Positions 9,809 through 16,541 of a stretch of DNA of 29,935 nt are shown in pieces. Both the position numbers and the translations under genes were made by a program. Every line of letters starts with the position of its first letter. The first letter of the stretch is position 1. Below the pieces are notes generated by a model. It was not told where the DNA came from, searched no databases, and saw only the letters and a program-made list of their open reading frames with translations. Source of the DNA: Clostridia bacterium (lineage in GTDB: Bacteria > Bacillota > Clostridia > Christensenellales > UBA1242); assembly GCA_017473285.1 (NCBI GenBank), contig JAFULP010000007.1:1-29935 (forward strand). The letters run 5' to 3'.

Positions 9809-10543
9809 TTAAGCATCAACGCCACAAATTTCTAACACTGCATTAGCAATTGCATTTGCTTTAGCAGATGAGTCACCAAGTTCTTGAGCGTTTAAGATTG
9901 GTTCTAGATATTCGTCATCTAAACCGTCTGATTGAATAGCATATGCCATTACAGATATCGTAACATTACAGTTTTGTAACACATCGCCCCATTCCTTGCC
10001 TGGGATTTTAATTGAATTTGGTTTAAGCACATTGATGTACACGCCGTCGGTTTCCCCACGGCCATCAAATGGATTAATACCAACCAAACAAGTATAACTT
10101 GCATCAATATTTTCGCAATTATACACAATATGTTTCCAAACTGAAGTATTTATTGCATCATCTTGGAAAGATATCGCTGGAGTATTATTTAATTTATCAG
10201 TTACATCTTCACCAGTGTCTACTTTCACAGCACTAAGTGAATAAACTACAACCATGTATGTATCTCTACTTGATTTGTTATACAAATTAAGTTCAACATT
10301 ATTTAAGTTGTTGCCCGGAACTAAATATTCTTCACCAAATGGAGCCGATATTGAAAATTCAGTGGTTTTACCAGTTGTGTCATGCAACTCAATTGCAAGA
10401 TTTGCCGTGGTAATAGTACCTTTTACCAAGTTGGTTTTACCGTTATAATATGAATATGTTACACCAAATGCTATTGAAATTAATAATAAAATACATAATA
10501 TAATTATAATAACATTTTGTGTATTAGACTTCTTTTTAATCAT
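9809..10543 (-). CDS. Secreted protein with SipW-cognate (TasA/camelysin-like) signal peptide
   Basis: Lys-rich N-region, hydrophobic helix, then GVTYSYY...ITTANLAI; C-terminal YAIQ-type segment; GGGGG SD. Confidence 0.6.
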   Translation of the reverse strand: MIKKKSNTQNVIIIILCILLLISIAFGVTYSYYNGKTNLVKGTITTANLAIELHDTTGKTTEFSISAPFGEEYLVPGNNLNNVELNLYNKSSRDTYMVVVYSLSAVKVDTGEDVTDKLNNTPAISFQDDAINTSVWKHIVYNCENIDASYTCLVGINPFDGRGETDGVYINVLKPNSIKIPGKEWGDVLQNCNVTISVMAYAIQSDGLDDEYLEPILNAQELGDSSAKANAIANAVLEICGVDA

Positions 10544-10618
10544 TTTACCCCCTGTAAAAATATTAAATCAAATGTGTATTAACATTGATGTTTAATAAGC
10601 CTAAATACTTATACAAAT

Positions 10619-10647
10619 ATTTTAACAACCTAAAAGCCAGATGTCAA
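10619..10647 (-). promoter_or_regulatory. Sigma-A promoter of the TasA-like gene
   Basis: TTGACA-N17-TAAAAT on the - strand. Confidence 0.7.
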
Positions 10648-10649
10648 AC

Positions 10650-10698
10650 AAAAAATAAACTAAAAATACAATATTTTAACAAAATATTACATTTTTAG
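10650..10698 (-). terminator. AU-rich 18-bp hairpin with U-tail
   Basis: On the - strand ctaaaaatgtaatatttt-gtt-aaaatattgtatttttag (tandem G.U pairs form only on -), then tttattttt. Confidence 0.6.
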
Positions 10699-10731
10699 TC
10701 TATATCTGGCATTTTTTACTAAATTTTTGAT

Positions 10732-10980
10732 TTAACCTTGCAAACCACGAGATTGTCTATCCATATCTTCAACCACAATATCGTGAATTTCGCCCAAACT
10801 TGCGCAATATTCCAACACTTGCCATGGTCTATTGGTGTGGAAGTGAATTTTAATTAAATCACTATCTCCGCAAACCAACAAGCAGTCGCCATCAAAGTTG
10901 GCGTTAAAATAATCTTTAATTTTATCTTCATCAAGATTAATTCCTTCAATTAATAATTGTGTATCATATCTATAATCCAT
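10732..10980 (-). CDS. Stand-alone FakA (DAK2-fusion/YloV) middle-domain-like protein
   Basis: YDTQ...LLVCGD..LIKIHFHTNRP..VLEY...G.I.DIVVEDM..Q resembles the FakA middle domain; AAGGAG SD. Confidence 0.7.
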   Translation of the reverse strand: MDYRYDTQLLIEGINLDEDKIKDYFNANFDGDCLLVCGDSDLIKIHFHTNRPWQVLEYCASLGEIHDIVVEDMDRQSRGLQG

Positions 10981-11027
10981 AAAACTTCTCCTTAGTTAAT
11001 TATACTATACTTTTTATATTTTTACAA

Positions 11028-11507
11028 CTATTTTATATTGATATCCACAATATGCAAACCCTTTAGTTCTAAATAGTTATAACTACTTAATGGTTTATCA
11101 AGTGCATCGTAAGAATGAGCGCATACATATATTTCACGATTAGTAATTTTAGTTATGATTACGGTATGATTAAAAGTGTCGGGATTTTGCCTAATTTGAA
11201 TGATGTCGCCTAATTGAAGTTTGTCAATGGGCATAACTTTGGTTTTAAAGCCGGGAGATAGGTTGGATAGCAAAAAGCGTTGTAAGTATTTAACACTGCT
11301 CCAACTGGGCGAACGATTATTTTTGTCGATATAAAACCAGCCATAGTATTTGTCATAGTTCATTTTACCACCGCCAGCCAGCAAGCATTGAGAGATAAAG
11401 TTTGTGCAATCGCCACCAATTCCGTCAAAGTGGAAATAAGCAGGATTGTATTTTAATGCATATTTTTTGGCATACTCTACGGCCTTTTCACGATTATATT
11501 CCAACAT
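11028..11507 (-). CDS. Amidase_6-family (putative cell-wall amidase) domain protein
   Basis: YNREKAVEYAKKY...YNPAY...GGDCTNFISQCLLAGG...W; start revised to ATG 11507, where the domain begins. Confidence 0.8.
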   Translation of the reverse strand: MLEYNREKAVEYAKKYALKYNPAYFHFDGIGGDCTNFISQCLLAGGGKMNYDKYYGWFYIDKNNRSPSWSSVKYLQRFLLSNLSPGFKTKVMPIDKLQLGDIIQIRQNPDTFNHTVIITKITNREIYVCAHSYDALDKPLSSYNYLELKGLHIVDINIK

Positions 11508-11624
11508 ACTAATATATACTGTATTTACAATAAAATGGTTAATGTTATTAAAAGAGTTTAATAACAAAACAATTTGATACTACATATAACTTAATAATTA
11601 TCAATTTTGCAAAAGGAGTTAATT

Positions 11625-13424
11625 ATGTGCGGAATAATAGGGTATATAGGAAATAAGTCGGCTGAAATTGAAAGCGTAAATTTGCTAAAAAATTTGGAAT
11701 ATCGGGGATATGACTCTGCTGGGGTGGCGGTAATATTGGATGGTGAAATTAAGGTGACAAAAGCGGAAGGCAAAATTGCAAATCTTGAGCAATTAATTGT
11801 GTCAACTGGGGCAAATATAGGGATTGCTCACACAAGATGGGCAACGCACGGTAAACCAACTGAAGTAAATGCTCATCCACATATTAGCGATAATAATGAA
11901 TGGGCGGTTGTGCACAACGGAATTATTGAAAACTTTGAAATGCTAAAACAGGAAATTGAAACCAATAGTGGAGTTAAATTTGCAAGCGAAACGGACACGG
12001 AAGTTATTCCACAAATGCTTGAGTATTTATCCACATCACATCAGTCTACAATTAGCACTTTTATACACGCTTGCAATAGATTAAAAGGTGTGTTTGCCAT
12101 TGCTTGTATTAATAAGAATATCCCAGATACCTTGTTTTTAGCAAAACGGAAAAGTCCGTTATATGTGGCAATTAATAATGATGAAATTTTTGTTGCAAGT
12201 GACCCAATTTGTTTTGTTGATAAAGCAAACGAATATTATACTTTAGAAGATGATGAGTTTTGCAAAGTATCATTAAATTGTGTTGAGTTTTATGATATAA
12301 ATGGCAACAATATTGCCAAGTCAACTATTGATATGAAAGACTTTGAGCAATTCAAAGGCAAGGAACAATATCCACACTTTATGTTAAAGGAAATAAATGA
12401 AACGCCAACTGTATTAAACAGAATTATGAAAACATATCGTGATAGTTTAGGCTTTGGCAAAATAACAAAAGAAGTTATGCAAGATATTAACAAGATTGTG
12501 ATTGTTGGATGTGGTACGGCGTATCATGCGGGATTGATGGGTGCTAAGTATATTGAAAAATTTGTAAGGATTGAGTGCAACATTTATATTGCAAGCGAAT
12601 TTATATATTCCAACCCCATAATAGATAAGCGTACATTATGTATATTTGTAAGCCAAAGTGGTGAAACTGCCGATACATTATCTGCACAAGAATTGGCAAA
12701 ATCCAAAGGCGCCTTAACCGTAGGCTTGACAAATGTATTGTATAGCGTGCTTGCTAAAAAGGTGGATATAGTTTTACCAGTTTGTGCAGGGCCAGAAATT
12801 GCAGTTGCCTCCACCAAAGCATATACTGCGCAAATTACAATACTATATATGCTGGCAAGATATTTGCAAAACATTAAGTTTAATAGTTTATTTGACTATA
12901 TTGCGCAAATCGATACACTTGCAAATCTTTTTACCTTACCCAATTTGCAACCAATACAAGATTTATCGAAGGAATTAGTAAATCAAAAAAGTTCATTTTT
13001 CATTGGAAAGGGGTTTGATTATGTATCCGCAGAAGAAGCCAGTTTAAAATTAAAAGAAATAACCTATATCAATAGTTCGGCGCACCCGGCTGGTGAGTTA
13101 AAGCATGGTTTTTTGGCGCTTATTGAAGATGGTTCGTACTTGTTTGTGATAGCAACGGATGAAGCGTTACTAGATAAAACCTTAAACAGTGCTCACGAAG
13201 CGTTTGCTAGGGGTGCTAAAGTAGTATTAATTACACAATTAGATGTCGATACTAGCAAAACCAATTTTGTATACAAAGTGTTGCAACAGCCTAAATTTGA
13301 TGACGAATTAATGCCAATCGTTTCAATAATAACTTTTCAACTATTAAGTTATTATACCAGTGTGGCAAAGGGAATAAACCCCGACCAACCTAGGAACCTT
13401 GCCAAAAGTGTAACGGTAGAGTAA
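11625..13424 (+). CDS. glmS: Glutamine--fructose-6-phosphate aminotransferase
   Basis: MCGIIGY N-terminal nucleophile start with AAAGGAG SD, HTRWATHG, SQSGET, DQPRNLAKSVTVE. Confidence 0.97.
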   Translation: MCGIIGYIGNKSAEIESVNLLKNLEYRGYDSAGVAVILDGEIKVTKAEGKIANLEQLIVSTGANIGIAHTRWATHGKPTEVNAHPHISDNNEWAVVHNGIIENFEMLKQEIETNSGVKFASETDTEVIPQMLEYLSTSHQSTISTFIHACNRLKGVFAIACINKNIPDTLFLAKRKSPLYVAINNDEIFVASDPICFVDKANEYYTLEDDEFCKVSLNCVEFYDINGNNIAKSTIDMKDFEQFKGKEQYPHFMLKEINETPTVLNRIMKTYRDSLGFGKITKEVMQDINKIVIVGCGTAYHAGLMGAKYIEKFVRIECNIYIASEFIYSNPIIDKRTLCIFVSQSGETADTLSAQELAKSKGALTVGLTNVLYSVLAKKVDIVLPVCAGPEIAVASTKAYTAQITILYMLARYLQNIKFNSLFDYIAQIDTLANLFTLPNLQPIQDLSKELVNQKSSFFIGKGFDYVSAEEASLKLKEITYINSSAHPAGELKHGFLALIEDGSYLFVIATDEALLDKTLNSAHEAFARGAKVVLITQLDVDTSKTNFVYKVLQQPKFDDELMPIVSIITFQLLSYYTSVAKGINPDQPRNLAKSVTVE

Positions 13425-13459
13425 AATATTGTCCATTAAAAACTAAATTATGTAAAAAT

Positions 13460-13485
13460 AAAAGCCCTAGTTAATAAGGGCTTTT
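13460..13485. terminator. Bidirectional terminator between glmS and the SOD-like gene
   Basis: aaaagccct-agttaata-agggctttt. Confidence 0.8.
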
Positions 13486-13494
13486 AAATGTTTA

Positions 13495-13992
13495 TTATGT
13501 ATATAATCTAATTTCGCCACAGGCAATTTTTGAACCTGAGTTGCCCGACGGTTGAGTGGCAAAATCATCTGGGGAAGAGTGAATAATTATTGTTTTGCCA
13601 ATAATTTCATTTAATGTAAACCTATCGGTTAACACCGCCAAAAACGCATCCCCATTTACGCTAAACAGTGGTGGCAAATCTCCAGCGTGATAAGGATGTC
13701 GGCAATTATTTGGGTTGTAGTGCATACCAGCGTTTGCAAATGGGTCTGCGCTATTGCCCGAGCAACTGCCACCTTCGTGAATATGCATGGCAAAAATTGG
13801 GCTTTGACAATTACCTGTTGGGTTAGGCAAACCTTCAATGTCCGCTACAACTAAAACGCCCGACGAAGTTTGATAAAACCACGCATCGCCTTGGATTTCG
13901 GGGTATAAAATACTTCCGTTTATTTGTGCTCTGGCTTGTGGACGCCGATTAAAAAGCGAATTAAAATCTGGAAAATTATTTTCTTGGTACAT
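13495..13992 (-). CDS. Cu/Zn superoxide dismutase family protein, no signal peptide
   Basis: HIH, GMHYNP, HPYHAGDL, IIIH, DD and ACG motifs retain the metal ligands. Confidence 0.85.
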   Translation of the reverse strand: MYQENNFPDFNSLFNRRPQARAQINGSILYPEIQGDAWFYQTSSGVLVVADIEGLPNPTGNCQSPIFAMHIHEGGSCSGNSADPFANAGMHYNPNNCRHPYHAGDLPPLFSVNGDAFLAVLTDRFTLNEIIGKTIIIHSSPDDFATQPSGNSGSKIACGEIRLYT

Positions 13993-14076
13993 AAAGATAT
14001 CTCCTATAAGTTATGTTTATTGTATATGACTAATTTTAATAAAAAGTGAATTAGATATATTTAAGATATAGCAAAA

Positions 14077-14106
14077 AATAAAACTAGGATTATTCCTAGT
14101 TTTATT
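14077..14106 (-). terminator. Intrinsic terminator of the orphan ORF
   Basis: 13-bp perfect stem aataaaactagga/tcctagttttatt with a T-run on -. Confidence 0.8.
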
Positions 14107-14146
14107 GGTGCACTACTACAAGTCTAAATTGAATTAAAAGTCAAAT

Positions 14147-14440
14147 TTAGACTGTTAAATCATTATCATTTTTTTGTTGTTTTTCTTCTTCCAAATATTT
14201 TTGTGCTCTTTCTTGTATTTCAAGTGCTCGTGTATAACCTTTCCTAGAAAAATGTCCGCTTCTAGGAACAATTCCTTCTTTAAGTATTAAAACTCTTATT
14301 TCTTCAAGAGAAAAATATAAACATCTTTTTCGGCGCGCATTTAATAAACTTCTTTTTCTATTATAAATGCTTAATCTTTCAGGATGTGTTAAAGAACCAA
14401 TATCTGCATGTTTAGGTGGATCGTTATCTATAGAACTCAT
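14147..14440 (-). CDS. Orphan basic hypothetical protein (97 aa)
   Basis: Start revised to ATG 14440 (TAAGGAG SD); it has its own promoter and terminator. Confidence 0.65.
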   Translation of the reverse strand: MSSIDNDPPKHADIGSLTHPERLSIYNRKRSLLNARRKRCLYFSLEEIRVLILKEGIVPRSGHFSRKGYTRALEIQERAQKYLEEEKQQKNDNDLTV

Positions 14441-14463
14441 AATATACTCCTTAATATGTTTAA

Positions 14464-14492
14464 AGTATATCATATTTTAATATGTTTTACAA
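14464..14492 (-). promoter_or_regulatory. Sigma-A promoter of the orphan gene, overlapped by an 11-bp direct repeat
   Basis: TTGTAA-N17-TATACT with extended TG; ttaatatgttt at 14451-14461 and 14477-14487. Confidence 0.65.
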
Positions 14493-14518
14493 TATCTAAT
14501 TTAAAATTAATATTAAAC

Positions 14519-14544
14519 AAACTAAATCGAACCCGATTTAGTTT
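14519..14544 (-). terminator. Hairpin downstream of the tRNA
   Basis: Perfect 11-bp stem aaactaaatcg/cgatttagttt, U-rich downstream on -. Confidence 0.7.
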
Positions 14545-14549
14545 AGTAG

Positions 14550-14624
14550 TGGTGCGCTTATCAGGATTCGAACCCGAACTAATGGTTCCGAAGACCATTG
14601 TGCTATCCATTACACCATAAACGC
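14550..14624 (-). tRNA. tRNA-Arg(UCG), 75 nt, CCA encoded
   Basis: Acceptor GCGTTTA/TAAGCGC, D-arm GTGT-AATGGATA-GCAC (A20, an Arg identity element), anticodon arm ATGGT-CTTCGGA-ACCAT (TCG at 14589-14591), T-arm TCGGG-TTCGAAT-CCTGA, ACCA end. Confidence 0.93.
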
Positions 14625-14630
14625 AAACAC

Positions 14631-14817
14631 AATAAATAAATCAACAGTGTTGGCAAACAATACATTGTTGATATTATCGGAAGTTGTCGTCAAGCAGCCC
14701 GAAGGGATATTTGACAGCAACTGATGGTTATACATACTTCGGAAGGCTAGATTTTAATCTAGCACACAATTTTAGTTGTGTTAAAATCAATTTTTTGATT
14801 TTACTTCCGATAGTTTA
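14631..14817 (-). ncRNA. Unidentified structured RNA or tRNA leader (four-way junction, UUCG hairpin, terminal hairpin)
   Basis: Multiple perfect stems in a non-coding stretch between a consensus promoter and the tRNA. It matches no RNA family I recognise. Confidence 0.6.
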
Positions 14818-14823
14818 TAATAT

Positions 14824-14852
14824 ATTATATCATAACTTAACAATATGTGCAA
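14824..14852 (-). promoter_or_regulatory. Sigma-A promoter driving the structured RNA and probably the tRNA
   Basis: TTGCAC-N17-TATAAT with extended -10 TG. Confidence 0.75.
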
Positions 14853-14896
14853 CATTTTAAAAATGGTTAAAGGCTTGCTGGGTAAAAATTTAATTA

Positions 14897-15490
14897 CTAA
14901 TACACCAATACTATTATATAATTGCGAAGGACAAAGAAGATAATGCTTTGTAAAATAAGTAGAATTATAATCATTATCAGTATTGTAAAGCAATTGGAAA
15001 TAGCACACTTAAAATAAAATGGCTCATTTTGAAACTCAATGCAAATTAAAAATAATTCAAGCAGTAAAAACAATGTGACAGCCATAAACAGTAGCATACA
15101 AAATGCAACTACTAAAGTGTTGATTATTCCATATTCTAATATAAAAGCAATTAGAGTTAAGGATTGGGCATAAACATAGTAGCCATAAAAGAAAATACCT
15201 ATACTTATTGTGTACTTTTTACAGCACGAACATATTATAATAATTGCAAATACGCCAATGGTAAATAGATTGGTAAACAACATTCCACCAAAGCCCGTAG
15301 AGCCACGCAAGAATTTGACAATTACCACATTTGAAAAACTGATAAGCAACGAACTATTGCTAAACTTGATGCCCGCCATAACAGCGCAAAAAATACAAAC
15401 ACCGGTCAGTATTATAATAAAACTAACAAAAGCACGGTGCTTTTTGATAGGCTCAATAAGTGAGTATGAAAATTTGTGGGGAATTTTCAT
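14897..15490 (-). CDS. Polytopic membrane protein (about 5 TM), possibly SpoIIM-like
   Basis: Highly hydrophobic, 197 aa. The size and the FFYGY...LEYG pattern loosely recall SpoIIM; the family call is tentative. Confidence 0.55.
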   Translation of the reverse strand: MKIPHKFSYSLIEPIKKHRAFVSFIIILTGVCIFCAVMAGIKFSNSSLLISFSNVVIVKFLRGSTGFGGMLFTNLFTIGVFAIIIICSCCKKYTISIGIFFYGYYVYAQSLTLIAFILEYGIINTLVVAFCMLLFMAVTLFLLLELFLICIEFQNEPFYFKCAISNCFTILIMIIILLILQSIIFFVLRNYIIVLVY

Positions 15491-15518
15491 ACAATATATA
15501 TATTAACCAAAGGGCAAA

Positions 15519-16388
15519 TTAATTGCTAAATTTGTCAAAATCTGGAATAAAACATTGATTTGCACTATCTAAGTCTTGATAAAAGCCATTGTCAAAATCT
15601 AATTTATTTAAATGGTTAATCACACGCTTGTATTCAATTGGTTTAAGCGGACGATTGTATTTAGGGCTGTTTAGTGCAAGATGGCAAGGAGTGTATTGCC
15701 CCATAATGCTTATAAAAGTGTGCTTGCCTAGATTATTAAACACCCAATCAACAACCTTGAAACTATTATCAATTTCGTTAGGCAAGACAAGGTGGCGGAT
15801 GATAACACCTTTTTGCATAATGTCATTATCAATAATATCATTAGGTTGATTTTTGCGCATTTGAAGTATTGCTTGTGTGCAAACTTGTGGATAATCTTTG
15901 GCTTTTGAAAGATTAAATGCCAAGTCATTGTCCATATATTTCATATCTACAAGATATATGTCTACAAGATTTTTAAGTTTTTTAATAGTTTCAACACTCT
16001 CATATCCGCTACTATTCCACACCACAGGAATGGACGGCTTGTATAATGTCAATGCCTTAATTATTTGTTCGCTATAATGTGTAGGAGTTACAAGGTTAAT
16101 GTTGTGAGCACCATTACTTTCAAGTTCTTTCATAATATCAATAAATTGCTCTATAGAAACACTTTGCCCTTTGCCACCAGAACTAATCTCAGCATTTTGG
16201 CAATAAACACACTTTAAATTACAGTGCGAAAAAAAGATTGCTCCACTTCCCTTATCGCCTGAGATTATAGGCTCTTCCCACATATGAAGCATATATTTTG
16301 CTATTTTGAAGTTGTTATTAGCGTTACAAAATCCAACATTTGTATCACGATTTACATTGCACCTTCTAGGGCAGATATTACAATTCAT
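15519..16388 (-). CDS. Radical SAM protein, PflX-like
   Basis: N-terminal CNICPRRC...GFC, CNLKCVYCQN radical SAM motif, LVTPTH, RHLVLP, MGQYTP. Confidence 0.88.
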   Translation of the reverse strand: MNCNICPRRCNVNRDTNVGFCNANNNFKIAKYMLHMWEEPIISGDKGSGAIFFSHCNLKCVYCQNAEISSGGKGQSVSIEQFIDIMKELESNGAHNINLVTPTHYSEQIIKALTLYKPSIPVVWNSSGYESVETIKKLKNLVDIYLVDMKYMDNDLAFNLSKAKDYPQVCTQAILQMRKNQPNDIIDNDIMQKGVIIRHLVLPNEIDNSFKVVDWVFNNLGKHTFISIMGQYTPCHLALNSPKYNRPLKPIEYKRVINHLNKLDFDNGFYQDLDSANQCFIPDFDKFSN

Positions 16389-16394
16389 ACTAAT

Positions 16395-16422
16395 ATTATA
16401 CTTGGATTTAGGTTTTTGTCAA
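16395..16422 (-). promoter_or_regulatory. Promoter positioned for a leaderless start (radical SAM gene)
   Basis: TTGACA-N16-TATAAT-N6-ATG, no SD. Confidence 0.75.
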
Positions 16423-16506
16423 ATACCCAAAAGTAATAATTGAGATTTTGGGAAGGTGCACACAAGATGATTTGATTAAAAAAATGGATAAATTTTGAAA
16501 AAGGTA

Positions 16507-16535
16507 TTGAAATCGCTTCAAAATTGTTTTATTAT
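16507..16535 (+). promoter_or_regulatory. Promoter positioned for a leaderless start (secreted hypothetical)
   Basis: TTGAAA-N17-TATTAT-N6-ATG (16542), no SD. Confidence 0.65.
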
Positions 16536-16541
16536 ATGGCT

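Noticed and set aside
10636-10710. Outer inverted repeat gccagat/atctggc around the AU-rich hairpin
   Set aside because: Only 7 bp with very unequal spacing to the inner stem; a terminator plus a promoter explain the region.
11507-11530. Leaderless start for the amidase gene
   Set aside because: There is no SD, but no TAnnnT hexamer sits at the 6-7 nt spacing, so the evidence is too weak.
13993-14060. Sporulation sigma-factor promoter upstream of the SOD-like gene (catatacaat)
   Set aside because: Only a partial match to SigE/SigK -10 elements, not distinguishable from AT-rich background by eye.
14739-14810. A second, degenerate tRNA gene
   Set aside because: No GG in a D-loop, no TTC T-loop, wrong arm lengths and no CCA. 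Kept only as a structural observation.
14631-14817. Assignment to 6S RNA, SRP RNA, T-box, tmRNA, RNase P or c-di-GMP-I riboswitch
   Set aside because: There is no symmetric central bubble, no SRP domain IV order, no T-box consensus and no tag ORF. It is too short for RNase P, and the GGCAAAC on + lacks the rest of the aptamer.
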